This document shows, piece by piece, positions 1 through 14,544 of a stretch of 64,000 nt of DNA. The DNA is from Selaginella moellendorffii (taxonomy: Eukaryota > Plantae > Lycopodiophyta). The notes beneath the pieces were generated by a model. That model saw only the letters and a list, made by a program, of their open reading frames with translations. It made no database searches and had not been told where the DNA came from. The position numbers and the translations under genes are program-made. The DNA is taken from NCBI RefSeq assembly GCF_000143415.4, contig NW_003314264.1, positions 3,957,229 through 4,021,228 of the forward strand. Reading direction: 5' to 3'. How positions within the stretch are numbered: position 1 is the stretch's first letter; every line of letters begins with the position of its first letter.

Positions 1-493
1 CCTCCACCAAGAGAGTGACAGACCTGGAATCCTGCTCAACAAAAAAAAAAAAAAAAAAAAATCTTTTTTGCTTCAAAGTGTGGTTTTCGTTCATTTTACC
101 TTGCAGGCAGTCGCAGTTCTCAGCCTCCTTGCGAACAACGTCGAGAACAGCATCGATCAACTCGGCACCTTCTGTATAATGACCTTTGGCCCAGTTGTTT
201 CCGGCTCCAGTTTGTCCAAAGACAAAGTTGTCTGGCCGGAATATCTGTCCGTAGACGCCGGATCTCAGGCTATCCATGGTGCCAGGCTCCAAATCCATGA
301 GCACAGCGCGTGGAACGTAGCGGCCCCCACTGGCTTCATTGTAGTAAACGTTCACTCTTTCCAGCTGAAGCTCGGACGTCCCGGTGTAGCTCCCGGTCGG
401 ATCGATCCCATGCTCGTCGCACACAACTTCCCAGAACTTTGCACCGATCTGATTGCCGCACTGACCACCCTGGATGTGAAGGATTTCTCTCAT
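1..493 (-). CDS. TUB: beta-tubulin, 5' part (exon 100-493, next exon 1-31; gene continues beyond window start)
   Basis: Minus-strand translation from ATG 493: [34 protein letters not shown]...[17 protein letters not shown]...ENCDCLQG, then a GT-AG intron (32-99), then FQVCHSLGG. Not listed in the ORF track. Confidence 0.97.
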   Translation of the reverse strand, partial: MREILHIQGGQCGNQIGAKFWEVVCDEHGIDPTGSYTGTSELQLERVNVYYNEASGGRYVPRAVLMDLEPGTMDSLRSGVYGQIFRPDNFVFGQTGAGNNWAKGHYTEGAELIDAVLDVVRKEAENCDCLQGKMNENHTLKQKRFFFFFFFVEQDSRSVTLLVE

Positions 494-780
494 GCCTGTG
501 GACCCTGGAGCAAAGAAATTCGAGTGAGGGAGAATCCGTCAAAGATCGCGCATGATATGAGCAATCTTCGCGAGATGACAGTTCACCTCGTGTTTCTAAG
601 CACAAAGAGCACGAATCGAATGGAGCACAACCTGTCAAAGCTCATGATGCACACACGGAAAGCAAGCATTAGAACCCGCAAAAATTTCTCAACACATTCG
701 AATAAACGCCAGCTCGTCAAAGATCATGATAGCAGCACTAAGAGTGGGCAGGAAGAAAGACTTGGAAGAATCTTCAGGAA

Positions 781-912
781 AATTCAACAAGACAAAAAGC
801 TTAGCTAGAACAGGAACTCCAATTCTCCAAAAGGAAATTCAAACAAGACAGAAAGCTTAGCTAGAACAGGAACTCCAATTCTGCAAAAGGAGATTCAAAC
901 AAGACAGAAAAA
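781..912. repeat. ~59-bp tandem repeat (~2.3 copies) upstream of beta-tubulin, probably in a 5'UTR intron
   Basis: The unit aattcaa(a)caagaca(a/g)aaagcttagctagaacaggaactccaattct(c/g)caaaagga occurs twice plus a partial third copy. Confidence 0.8.
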
Positions 913-2397
913 CATGACCTTCAATTCTCCAAAAGGAACAAAGAAGAAGCACAGAACCAGAAGTGTTGGAGAGAACCTGCTTGAAGATAAAAGGTTGAGC
1001 GACAGCGTCCTTTCGAGATTGAGAGAATGAATGCAGTGAGTAGGGCTTAAAGGACTTCTATTCCACTCCTAGGAGTGCCGGAAAGGAATCGAAACCGACA
1101 CACCTCTCAAGGGATAAGAACTGACAAGGAACCGCGACCAAACTCTATATTATTCCTAAGCAAATCAAAACAAGACTCTATGACTGATTCGACAGCAATC
1201 CCAATCGATCTGGTGGGATTGAAGAAGACTTCGCAGCAACAACACATACTCTTGAAGTAGCTACACGGACAAGGAGCAAAAACAATGCCTCTACGCGAAC
1301 CTTTTGGCGTGATAATTGATCCGGGACTGTCTTAGCGATCACGAACGATTTTCTCCAGCACTCTCGTACGAAAACAGCTAGTTTTGTGTGCCTGTAACAG
1401 CGTTATGAGAAGCAGTACCGCAAAATAATTTTTTTTAAAAATAAAAAATTATAAGAGTTAGTGAAGTTGATGAAAGACTCACAGCGAGATGGCGCCACCC
1501 AACTTCTCTGGACAGCTGACAACCAACTTGTGTGCGTCGTGGTCACTGACATTATGTCTTGCCGCAATTGGAGCAGCCACCGGACGCAAATAATCAAAAC
1601 AACGTACCATTCGCATTGTTTTGGTCCAACATTGCATTGTATCAAACTCTAAACGCGAGGTTTAGTTAGATTCAGAGAATGAGCAGCGCTCTTCGATCTG
1701 GCACGCGTAGCATTCCTAGTTACGACACTCACAAGAAAATCAACGTACCAGGCGCCGCTCCGCCCACGGTCTAAGTTAAGAAAGGAGAATATCCTGTTCG
1801 ACGGGTAGGAATATTTCACACCAATGCGAATATTCAAAGCGAATAATTGATGTGTGTACCAAGCCAAAGTTTTGAAAAGCGCCCATTCGATTCGCGCCCC
1901 GCCCCTCCGCCGGCCCATTCCCATGTCTCTGTACGGACGGTGGGCTCGCATCGCAGCCGTTCCACCGGCATCCAACGGCCGGCGCGCCGCCGTTTAAGTT
2001 TCGTGCATTACCTACCGTTAAAAAGGGGGGTCCGGTTTAAAGAGCTCTCGCCTTTGATTTTTAAAGAGCCCAGCATCGCCAGAAGAGACGAAGAGGAACA
2101 ACATACAGGGGCTAGGGAAGAATGTCCGTTTCTTCTCGATGGGAGCGCCTTGATTTCGTCGTCAGTAGCTGGGCACAGCGCGGCATGGCGGGAGCTCTCA
2201 TCGTTTGTGTAGATTTTCGTTCGGATCTGTGCGGGATCGCGGGCCGGACGAGGCCCCTCGCTCGCGTCATTCGCTCGCTGGTCTAAGCCGACCTAGGGGA
2301 CTGGGATCGGCAGTAATCTCTGCTGCTCGGCCGCGCGCTCGATATTTTGGGCGCTTCCTTTCAGCGATCAATCGGTCAGTCGTCGAAATCGATCGCC

Positions 2398-4359
2398 ATG
2401 GTCGTGGTCACCGCGGGTCGAGGCTGGGCGTATTTCGATCCGGAGTATGAGTCGCTCAACGCGAGCTTGAATCCACCGAGGTATCTATCCAGAGTGAAAG
2501 ATTTCGCGCTAGCTAGGCTCTGGGAGCTAGATTGATCTTGCTTTCCTCCTCTCAGGGTCGTGATCGAGAATGCGGCATTTACAGGTGCGACGGTGATCAA
2601 GGTACTCTCTAGAAAAAATTTCTGCGCATTGCGCTCTTAGATTTGGATTCGCGAGGGATGGGATGCCTGAGATGTGTATCTTTTGCAGCTGGACAGCGTC
2701 AATCGCCATGGAATCTTGTTGGAGGTTGTCCAAGTCTTGACTGATCTCGATCTCTTCATCAGCAAGGCCTATGTTTCGTCCGACGCTGGCTGGTTCATGG
2801 ATGGTATGTGATCAATCACGTTCTCTTTTGATCGATCGCATCGCACTGTTCTTGTTTTTCTTTTGCCAGTATTTCACGTAACCGATATCGACGGGAACAA
2901 GATCACCGACGAGGAAGTTCTCAAGTTCATCCAGGAGGTATGTGGATTCCCAACAATGGTTGAGTGTCAAAGCTCATTTCTTTCTTTCTGCCGACCAGTC
3001 GCTGGAGAAGAAAGCGGCAGAGATGCCTTGGATTGGATCCAAGTGCTCCAATCCATCAAAGGTATGCTCCGCTGAGGGAGGAGAGATCACCCGCGTCAGC
3101 CTGGGAACAGGTCCTCACCAACACACTGCGATTGAACTTTCAGGCCCCAACCGACCAGGCCTGCTGTCCGAGGTCTTCTCAACGCTCAGCAGCATGAACT
3201 GCAACGTCCGCTCCGCCGCCGTGTGGACACATAACCTCAGAGTCGCCGGCATGATCTTCGTGGATAACGCTTGCAGCAGCGGTGGCCCCATTGAGGACTG
3301 TGACAAACTTAAAGACATCAAGGACCGGCTGTGCCGCGTGATCCGTGCCAACGACGGCGAGCGAGGTGGCGGTGCCGGCAGGACGGCCGAATTTTTCTCG
3401 GGTTTGACACACATGGAGCGGAGGCTACACCAGATGATGTCCGCTGACGAAGATCACTGCGGCGAAAGTCGCGAGCTCGAGGGACGACTTTGCGACGAGA
3501 CGGAGCAGCGCACGGTAAACGGGAAAGGCAGACCCACTGTTACGATCCGGAACTGCGTCGAGCGGGGCTACTCAGTAGTGAACATTCACTGCCAGGACCG
3601 CTCCAAGCTCCTCTTTGACACTGTTTGCACGCTGACAGACATGGACTACATGATCTTCCACGCCACCATCCTCTCCGAGGGGTACTTTGCCTATCAGGTA
3701 CAGGAACTTGTTGCTTCTTCCAACTTTCTTCTTTTGCCGGACTCATCACGCTAGCTACGCCCGTGCAGGAGTTCTACATTCGTCACACTGACGGCTGCAC
3801 GCTGGAGACGGACGACGAAAGGCAGCGGCTCATAAAGCGCCTGGTTGCCGCGATTCAAAGGCGATTCCCTGAGGTACTTTCTTGTTGGAACCGGAAGTAA
3901 AAGAAAGAGACCCGCGCTTTATGTGTGCCTGACGCGACTGTTTGTTCGATCTATCCATTGTAGGGGCTGCGGCTGGAGCTTTGCACCTATGACCGGGTGG
4001 GGTTGCTCTCGGACGTGACCAAAGTCTTTCATCGCCACGGCCTGTGCGTCACCCGGGCCTACATCTCCACCACACGGGCCGGCACGGTAGCCAACACCTT
4101 CTACGTCACGGACGCGGCCTCCGGCGACGCCGTGGACATGAGAACCGTGGAAGCCATCCGCGAGGAGCTCGGGCAGGCCATGCTCAACGTGAGGAGCGCC
4201 CCGGTTTGCCCCCAGCTGCTCGGCCTCGACGACTCGCCATCGCCAAGGTTCTCGCTGGCGGCCTTCTTTAAGTTACACTCGGAGCGCATTCTCTACAGCC
4301 TGGGCCTCATCACCTCCAAGGACTCGGCCCCTTCCACATCAAGAGCAGCGGCCTTGTAA
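2398..4359 (+). CDS. ACR: ACT domain repeat (ACR) protein, four ACT domains, multi-exon
   Basis: Spliced peptide ...YFDPEYESL..LNPPR|VVIEN..ATVIK|LDSVNRHGILLEVVQVLTDLDL..., TAIELSGPNRPGLLSEV, THMERRLHQMM, DRSKLLFDTVCTLTDMDY, DRVGLLSDVT; GT-AG introns; TAA at 4357-4359. Confidence 0.93.
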
Positions 4360-4879
4360 AGAGTTTCGTTTGCTCTTGTCGACTGACCACCACCCGCGAG
4401 ATTGTACAGACGCATTATACCACCATCGCCATCGTCATCAACTTCGCTTGACAAGGATCTTTACTTCCTACACACGACGATATCATTCCTCGAGTTAGAT
4501 CCACACCAAAGCAAGACAAAGAAAATCACTACCTATAGAAGAGATAGATCACTGTAACATATCCATTTGCTCGTTCTATATCAAAAAGGTTGTAGCTACT
4601 CTAGCTACAATATACTTAATCTGGGCGTGCAAAGCAAAGAATATTGGCGTCAGTGGCCAACGATCAATCACGACAGAGACTCCCGGTTGCTTCGAATCTT
4701 TTCACATTTTTGAGTTCTTTCGCTTAGCTTGCTCTGTTACTGCAAGGAAGCTGTCAGTGCGTTGAGATCCAAAAAGGAAAAACAGACATGAAAGCAAAAA
4801 AAATAACACGTTGGATACTCCATGACAGCAGCCGGCATCAAGTGTTGGTTGCCTCTCTCGTCCGCTTTGTTTGTAGTTA

Positions 4880-7547
4880 TCATTGTTGCCGGCTTCTCAG
4901 TGGCCACTCGGATTCGTGGCCACTCCTTGGTGGCGTCCAGTCCTTGCTTTGCTGATACTCGCCGCTGGAGACGGAGGGATTGACACCATAGTCGCTCGTC
5001 GCGCCGCTGTATTCGCTGCCGTATTCCTGGCTGGTGCCCAGTGCCATCTTTCTAAATCTCCGCAGGTCGGTGCTATACTGTGCCGAATCATAGTCGTCAC
5101 TGGCGAATGGCGAGTCGTGCAGTCCACTAAACCCGGGCCTCGAATCTGAATCACTTTCCAGAGCACGAACGATCTGCAAGTAAAAAGGGCAAAAAAAAAT
5201 GAGAGATCAGCATCAATCCATCAATCACGCAGAAATACACCCGCAGCGCGAAGAGAACCGTAGGCGCATCGCATCAAATGCTCCGGTACGTACCTGTGCC
5301 ATTTTTGGTCGCTTATTAGCTGAGTGTCTAACACATGCCGCGGCTGATCGGAGCATCCTAAGCATCTCGTCCTTGCTGTATTCATTCAGCAATGGATCGG
5401 CCATAAGATCCAAGTTTTGTGTCTCTAGCGCCTGGTTTATCAACGGTCGAGACTGAAAATGCAGGAGCACTGTGTAAGAAAAAGGCATGGGCAACAACGT
5501 CAAGGAGTACGTACCCACTCAACCAAACTTTCCTCCCCAAGAGGCTGAGATGTGTCTACGGGTTTGCGGCCAGTAATCAGTTCGAGTAGAACTACGCCGA
5601 AAGAATAAACGTCGGATTTGTCCGTGAGCTTTCCACTTGAAGCATATTCAGGCGCCAAGTACCTGGTGACGGACAAAGATAACGCTCAGAACAAAACAAT
5701 CCTATCAGACTTCAGAGAATTTACCCGAATGTTCCCATAACTCGAGTAGTGACGTGTGTGTGAGCATCGGATGCAAGCTTTGCCAATCCGAAGTCGGCTA
5801 CCTGTTGAAACATACAGATATCCGTCAACAAAAGAAGAAAACGACATACAAACGACCTCTGTACCTGAGCTTCAAAGTTACTATCCAGTAATATGTTAGA
5901 CGATTTTATGTCGCGATGAATAATTTTCGGATGACCTGTCCAAGCCGTTAAACAAACAGTAGGCGAAATCAAAGGAACTTACAATCTTCGTGAAGATACG
6001 CTAAGCCCCGAGCAGAGCCAACAGCAATCTTCATTCTTAGACTCCAGTCAAGTAAAGGTCTGCCTTTGCCTGTAAAGTTTGTAAGAGTCAAACATTTTCC
6101 CGAAAAACCGGTGGCTCTTTTACCGTGGAGATGATGTTCTAATGTGCCATTAGGAACGAACTCATAGACAAGAAGACGCTGAGTTTCAGAAATGCAGTAG
6201 CCTACCAATGTTACAAGATGACGATGATGGATCCGAGTGATAATCTCCACTTCCGCCTGAAATTCACGTTCGCCTTGTCCTCCTCCAACCTTGAGCTGTT
6301 TTACAGCCACCTCCTGTCCCCCTGGTAAGATTCCCTTGTATACACAGCCAAAGCCTCCCTCTCCAAGCATGTTGGCTCTAGAAAACCCGTTGGTAGCCTG
6401 TGCTAGATCTTCATAGCTAAAGAAAGATCCATTGGACCCCTGGCCTCTCGTAGGTGCATGCCCAAGAGAGCCTGAAGGTGGCATTGGAGGAAAGAATGGC
6501 TTTCCATTTGCATCAGACGCGGACGAGTAACCGGAATCAAATCTTCGTCCCGGATCATAGTAAGTGTCTGCCCCTGAGATAAATCAATTCAGAAAAGAAA
6601 GAGAGAACGTCAAACTGCTCACCATCCTTGTGATAAAACGAGTGAGCTGCTCCAAAGTTCTGTGTGTTCCCGGTGCCCGATCTTCTTCTCTTCCTTGAAA
6701 AGCAAACGACCAAGAGGACCAGCATTGCCACGACCACCACGCCCCCGATAGCAATGCCTATGATCGTTGAGCTCGCAACGCCAGACGAACCTGTTTGGCC
6801 ATTCGGTATAGACGTTGGCGGCGATAGAACAGCAGGCGGACTTGGTGTTCCTGGAAAGAGCGATGGAGTGCCGCCGGTGGGAGGCGAAACACCAGTTGGA
6901 ATCGTCGTAGTAGTATTAGGCAGCGGAGGTGGCGACTGAGTTACAGGGGACGTTGGCGGAGTTGCTGCCGGCAAAGGTGGCGACGAGTCATCGGCTGGAG
7001 GAGGTGGCGAAGAGTCACCCGCTGGAGGAGGTGGCGAGAGCCTTCTCGAAGGACGAGGAGGCGGGGCCGAGGAGCCTGGATCAGATGACGATGGCGGCGG
7101 GGAGCCGGATTCGTCCGGCGGAGCTGGCGGAGAAGGAGCAGTGGGATTCGGCGGCGGTGGAGAGTTTACGACAGGTGCTGGCGGAGATGGTGTCAAATCC
7201 GGAGGCGGAGGGGACGCTGACGCCGCTGGAGGAGGAGCAACGATCACAGGAGGTGGCGGAGAAGATTGAGGGACAGGCGGCGGAGACGAAGGGACTGACG
7301 GAGGCGGTGAAGCCTGAGGGACAGGAGGCGGAGGAGATGGATTTTGTGGGGGAGGAGACAAAACCACTGGAAGTGGCGGCGGGGGAGACGACGCAGGAGG
7401 AGGAGCAGTGGCGGCGGGAGGAGGAGAGAGCACTGGAACGGGCGGAGGCGCGAGAATCACCGGCGCCGGAGGGGTGCCCCCGGCGAGTGGCGGCGACGCT
7501 GGCAGGGGCGGAGAGGTTGCCGGGGGCGATGTAGAAGGCGCTGACAT
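4880..7547 (-). CDS. PERK: Proline-rich extensin-like receptor kinase (PERK family)
   Basis: SPPP-rich ectodomain, TM segment ([22 protein letters not shown]), kinase motifs [41 protein letters not shown]|YLAPEY. Confidence 0.95.
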
Positions 7548-8769
7548 TTTGCTGGCATCCAAGCCGTTCGGGATCTCGAGCCTCAAGAATCAGGGAGAAG
7601 GAGAATGCCGCGACATAGCATTGGCGACGGGCGAGCGATCGATGCGATAGCGAGCTACATTTGCCGGATTACGGCCACTTACCGGTCGATGATCGAGGTG
7701 GAGCTCCGAGGATACGTGCGATCGTCTCCCCCTCCGCCTCCACTATCCGGCCAAACCCTAGGGTGCATGGCGTAGAGGCGTTCTTCCCCCGTGCTAGTCG
7801 TGCAGAGGACGAGCGCTGAAGCGCGTGGAAGGAAAAGAAGACAGTCGCAAAACCGTATATTCCGTCCTGGTCAAACGGATATGTTGCGTATATTCCGTCT
7901 GGTTATCAGTCGGATGTGCTAAGCACGACCACACGTTTTGGCGCTCACGACCAGGGTTTGTCCGGACTCGTGAAATTCGTTGTCTGGATTATTTCCAACT
8001 TATAAGATGAATTCCCTACCACCATTTCAAGAAATTACTCCTATTACAAGGCCGTGGACTTTTTCTTTGCAAGCTGTACCATTGAGGGTGAGATACGGTC
8101 ATTTGATTTGAAAGGTAGAGAACACTATTGACAACCAGGAGTTGAAGAGCATCGATCACCTTAGCAATTGCATGCAAAGCAACCGCTTTACTTCTGAGCT
8201 ACCCTTAATGACAGATCATTTTGTAAAAAAACATTCAAAGGGGAGGTGGGAAGAGACTCTTTCTCTGTTTATTTTCTTTTAAAAATATATTAAATTATTG
8301 ATATATACTTCACTGTTTTTTTCTCTTTGTCCCAACTTCTTGGATATTACTTGATGTTTACACTATCATATGGAATATTGTATTGATCATTTTGAAAACA
8401 AGACATAAGAGCAATTTAGATTCACTTTTGAAACTTTTATATTTCAATTCTCTCATTCAAATTTTTCTTATCAATATCTTTTAGAAATGCTCAAATTCCA
8501 AAACACAAAGGGTGGGCCTCCTAAAAAACTGTATAAGCCTACAAGATATATAAAATTAAAACACATATGTGTTTGAATGGTGGTACACAAAATAATTTAC
8601 TTTTTTTCAAGGTATATATATGAGTGCGTGTGCGTATGTGTCTATATATCCACATCCAAGGAAGGTAGCAGGCACACAAATTACCCAATCTTGATATGGG
8701 GAGGTAGTGACAATAGATAACAATACTAAGCTTCCAAAGTCTATATATGCATGCATGGCCACATATAAT

Positions 8770-9890
8770 CCATATCAGTTTATTGCCACATCAACATCTT
8801 TTTCATTTTATAGTTTCAAACCATAAAATGATTGATCTAAGACCATCTAACCCAATATCATACTAAAAGAATGATGAGTGTCCATGCTCTAGGTGTTATC
8901 CACTTCCCATTGTGACAATTTCAATAGAGTGCTTGATTAGGGCTCCTAGGGCATTGTGCACATCTGTACTTTGGGTGTCAATCTAGAGTCTTATTGATCT
9001 CTACCTTAGAATTGCAAATGTTACATCTGATTTAGAGGAGTCACAGCAGCAGTGAGTGCTAAATGAAATTATTAGTGGATTGATAAAGATTGTAGTGTTG
9101 TATGGCATGTTTGATGAGCCAGAGCGTACAATCCTATTGCTAGGTAACGTGCTTGACCCAAGCTCTTGTTTTCAATAGCACATAATCACATTTTAATTGC
9201 TATTATAGCAATTAGTGTGCATTATAATTTTGGCATGAGAAATGCTATATATGAATGTAACTTATGTCAGTTAGGATTGCTTATGACTACAAAGGATTGC
9301 AAAGATATCTAGAATTGCCAGATTGCATATTACAATTAGATGGCAAGAAAATTCAAAAATTGTGTCAGACACATTGCCTAAAAGGGCGGATTGTGTGCTC
9401 TAGCTCATCCAATATGTTATACAACACCACCATCTCTATATATCCATTAATAATTTCATTTAACAACAAGATTCTACTCACCCAAGATAAAACCCATCCG
9501 TTGAAAAGTTTGAGCACCACGATATGAAGATTCTAATGTAGAGATTGGTCAAATTCTAGATCAACACTTAAATGCATATAACTGTTAAAAATTGTGACTA
9601 TATACTTAGTGCCCCAAGAGCCTTAATCAAGTGCTCTATGGAAAGATATTTCCTCTCCTTTAAACACATGGTCAACAACTATGCACTTTCGATTTCAAAT
9701 GCACAAATGGATGAGTATTTAAATGCCAAATTAGCATAGCATCCAATGGAAAGTGGTGAAAGCCATGGTTAACACTCTTTTGGCATGATGTTTGGTTTAA
9801 CTAGACTTTTAATTAAGTCAATAGATTAATCATTTCATTGTGTATTTTTGCCAAACTAAAAGATTGTTGATGTGGCAATAATTGACAATG
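8770..9890. mobile_element. Degenerate foldback / long-TIR non-autonomous DNA element (MULE/MITE-like)
   Basis: About 8770-9015 is an imperfect reverse complement of about 9527-9890 (e.g. tattgccacatcaaca / tgttgatgtggcaata; atagagtgcttgattagggctc / gagccttaatcaagtgctctat). No TSD identified. Confidence 0.6.
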
Positions 9891-11740
9891 GTTATATACC
9901 TTAAAAAAAGTTATATGGAAAATATTATTTTGTTAGTCACACATATGTGTTATAACAATTCAAGTGATTTAATTTTATATTTTGTAAAATTATACATGTC
10001 TTGGGAAGTGTACTTTCCCCCAAAACCTACAATCACAAATTACTTGTCATATCTTAAAATTATAAAAAAGAAAAATGCAATTGTAGTAATTTAGATAGAT
10101 TAATAATTTTTTAATTTTTTTTTCCAATTTAGTTAATTATACTATGGTTAAAAGTTATTTTCATGAAAACCCTCATATTTATAATCTTCAATTGCTATGT
10201 TTTTTATAAGGCTATGAACCACTCTGTTCCACACCAGAATTCCCTCAACAACTCTTTTAACCCCTTTGGGCAGACTGTTGACTTGAGCTCATCTAATCCA
10301 TCCCATCCTGTTTTATCCACACAAGCACAAACTAAGGTTTTGCTTAAGCCCTGCTCACCATGGAGATATATACTTCCTATGTCAATTGAGGAGAAGTATA
10401 AGGCAACCTCTAAAGCATTTGCAAAGACAAGATTTTTAGAAGCAATATCACTACCCAGCTCTCATCTTGGATTTCAAACCATATTAAAAAGAATTACAAA
10501 TTTAAAGCTCACCTTTATATCAAGTTTTATTGTTTACATATAACTAAATTAAAATTTATTTTTCCAAACTATAGTTTTTAAATTATTCTTATAAAATACT
10601 ACTGTTAAGTGTCCAGCCCAAACCATATAATCTAGCATGATACTCAACTAATCTTAAAATATGTAAGAACGTATCTCGAATATATTGGCCAGAAAATTGA
10701 TAATTAGCCGGAAGTGGATTGCAATTTATAAAATTTCTAAAACCTGAAGGAATAATATAAATCCTAATCATAACTGCTTGATAACCAATACTAATAACTT
10801 CAAAAAGATAAAACCCATTATTGTTAAAAATTATTGGTTGATTAATATCAATACTATCTATTAAACGTCTTATTCGAGCTATAATATTCCCAATATTTCG
10901 ATTACTAAAATGACCAAGCCGTCCAATCCATCTTGTTTGAGGTGGTTGAGCATAGCATAAACTAGTAAATATAATTAATAAAAAGAATTTAAAAAATATG
11001 GTAAGAAACTTATAGAAATATAATATACTAGATAAGAGGAGTTTCTTATATTTTATACTAAATATTCTAGATTATGCATAAAGTAAACTTCTTTATATTA
11101 AAAATAATAATTAAATCTAATCACTTTTATTTCATCTAAATATTTTATATTAATGTTTAAAGTATGTATGGATATGTTTATAATAGTATATTTAATAATA
11201 AAACTAAGATAAAGGCTTTGTGAATAATTTTTTATTTAAAAATTATATTATTCTATTTTATAGAAAAGAAATAGTGAATGTTACTTTGTAAAAGATACTA
11301 CACTTTCATTGTGAATCTTGGGGCTCCTTTTCTGCTTCTTTGGTTGGATCCTTTGGCTTCTCGTCTTTTGCTTTGACGTTCTCGTGCTCATACATCCTTG
11401 TTGTCTGTAAGAGAGCAAAATGAAAAAGAAACTTCCATTCGATGACTGATGTCTGATGTTTATTTTTTAATTTGCGCGCAGGTGCTCAATGGAGGCGTCC
11501 AAAATGATACAGCGGTTTCTTCGAGAGAGATGGCAAATCTACAAACGAAGGCAGGAAGGAGGCGTAAGATTGTGTCTCAGTTTTCTTGCACAAGGAGTTT
11601 GACAAGGTAAATGCTGGTGTCAAGACGGCGCTGCTAGGTTTCTTGAACAAAGAGATGTTATAGTTTCTGCTTGTTGAACATTTCAATATATGCTGACATG
11701 TATTTACGGAACTTATCACTAAACTTGAAGTGGACCTTAA

Positions 11741-12218
<478 letters not shown>

Positions 12219-12694
12219 TAGGAGTAAAAAAATTAGTCAACAATCTTGCTCCAATTTATATTGAATGCATATTTTTCCAATTTAACTAACTATACTGCTC
12301 TTCATTCTTTTAAAAAGCTTTAGAGCTAATTTTATGAAAACTTTTATATTTAAATTTCTGAATTGCTCAATAGTTTTAATAAATATTAATCTTGATATAA
12401 TCTTTTGGAAACATTAAAAGCAAATATACTAATTAATAATTTTACTCTAATTTATGTTAAATGCATTTTGTTCCAATTTATGTTAAATTAGCTAAATTCA
12501 ATTGTTCACACAGCATAAGAAAATCATTTGCATGCACAAATTCCTAAACTAAATTTTTTTAGTAGATTTGATTGGATAGGTGCTTTGAATTGAAATATTT
12601 GGCTACTAGAAGGAAAAAGCCCCATCTGAAGGGGGTTTTTGGATGGGATTTACTTTTTATGGCAATTCAAGGAAATCTCCCAAATCTTTTCTCC

Positions 12695-14522
12695 ATGGCG
12701 GTATGGCTATGGACGATCGCGGCGTTGTGCATAGCTCTGGTATGGAAGGGGGCGGCAAAGCTGTTGCTCAAGCCCTGGATCCTGGAGGCCAAGCTGCGGC
12801 AGCAGGGCATTCGCGGCCCGCCCAGGTCGATTCTCTCTGGAAATGTTTACGAGATCTTCCAAATGCGCGCTCGTACAGAGGCCGAATGCATCCAAGGGCC
12901 GATCACTCACGACATTGTGGAATACGTCCAGCCACACCTCCTCCATTGGGCAAAACTCTATGGTACTAAAGCTACGTTTTTTTTTTTTTTGTGAATTTCT
13001 CTAGCAAACTTTCAAAACATTTCCTGCAGGACTTCCTCTGCTGTGGTGGTGGGGAACCGAGCCTGGCGTTGTTCTTACAGACCTTGACATGATCAAAGAG
13101 GTGCTCTACAACAAATCTGGAGCGTTTTGGTCTCCGGAGTGGCAGCGAAAGTTCCAAGTCGATATTCTGGGCCGAGGCCTCGCTGTCGTGAATGGAGACG
13201 AATGGGCCTTCCGGCGTCGCATCCTCGCGCCTGCCTTTCACGCAGAGAAGATCAAGGCAAGCAACTGCGGTTTAGAATTTTTCTGGACGTCTAGAGATCT
13301 GTTTTTTTTTTCTCTCTCTCTCTCTCTCTCTTGGCACAGTTCATGGTAGGGGGCATGCGAGATTGCGTAGCAGAAATGCTGGAGAAATGGAATGCTCTCA
13401 CAGAAGGCAAAGACGAGCCCATCGAACTGGAAGTCTGCAAGGAACTCACGACGCTAACTTCGGACATCATATCTCGAGCAGCGTTTGGCAGCAGCTATAA
13501 GAAGGGTCACAAAGTTTTCGAGCTGCTGGATCAAGTGGGAGGGCTTGTCTACAAGAAGTTCTCATCACCATGGATACAGAGGTACATATAGATATAGACG
13601 TGTTTTCCACTTGCTAAACGATTCACGCATTGCCACAGCATGCTTCCAATTTGCAAACTTAACAGGGAAATCAAAACTGCCAACTCCAAGCTCCGCTCGA
13701 CGCTAGAAGAGATTGTCCAAGCGCGAAGAGATCAAAAGTTGGCGGGAGAGATCGACAACTATGGAAGTGATTTGCTCGGGATTATGCTGGACGAAGTTGA
13801 TGCCGGGCACCACGACGACAAAACCGGGCTCTCCTTCACCACAGACAGCCTGATGGAAGAATGCAAGACGTTCTACATCGCGGGACAGGAGACCTCGGCT
13901 AAGTGGCTGGCATGGACGATGATGCTCCTCGCCGCAAACCCCTCCTGGCAGGAGCAAGCCCGAGAGGAAGTCCGCCAAGTCTGCCAGTCCCAAGCACCAG
14001 ACGCCGAGAGCTTGAGCAAGCTAAAGATTGTAAGTTCTTCTTGATCTTCCTTGGACTTGCCTAAACCCCATAGCTTTGGCGGAACTCCAGGTCGGGATGG
14101 TGCTCAACGAGAGCTTGCGCTTGTACCCTCCTGCCGTTTTCAACGTCCGGAGCTGCTACAAAGATGCCAAGCTTGGGCATTTGTCATTCCCGGAAGGAAG
14201 CGGAGTGATCATCCCCATCCTCTACCTCCTCCACGACAAGGACATCTGGGGCGACGACGCCAACGAGTTTAATCCCCAGCGCTTCGCGGATGGCATCTCC
14301 AGCGCCTCCAAGAGCCGCCACTCATGCGCGTTTCTTCCATTTTCTCAGGGCCAGCGTGTGTGCCTGGGCCAATCCTTTGCACAGATCGAGGCCAAGGTCG
14401 CCATGGCCATGATCTTGCAGAGATTTAGCTTCCGGCTATCGCCCACTTACCGGCACAGCCCCGTGCATCGGCTAGCGCTCCAGCCACAGCACGGCCTGCC
14501 TTTGCTCCTCGGAAGACCATAA
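12695..14522 (+). CDS. Cytochrome P450, CYP72 clan, 5 exons
   Basis: N-terminal anchor plus QGIRGPP, GDEWAFRRRILAPAFH, I-helix ECKTFYIAGQETS, ExxR (ESLR), PQRF, heme motif FSQGQRVCLG; one GC-AG intron (13257-13339). Confidence 0.93.
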
Positions 14523-14544
14523 AGGTCCCGTAAAAAAAACCGTA

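Noticed and set aside
68-808. 246-aa plus-strand ORF
   Set aside because: Antisense shadow of the beta-tubulin exon.
2122-2286. Conserved uORF upstream of ACR
   Set aside because: An ATG-initiated ~54-codon frame exists, but there is no TSS or conservation evidence from sequence alone.
6664-7650. Several plus-strand ORFs (Glu/Gly/Arg-rich)
   Set aside because: Antisense frames of the GC-rich proline-rich PERK ectodomain.
12695-14522. CYP72-clan gene as a member of the phenylpropanoid cluster
   Set aside because: About 24 kb from COMT with unrelated housekeeping genes between; the clan usually acts on terpenoids, hormones or fatty acids.
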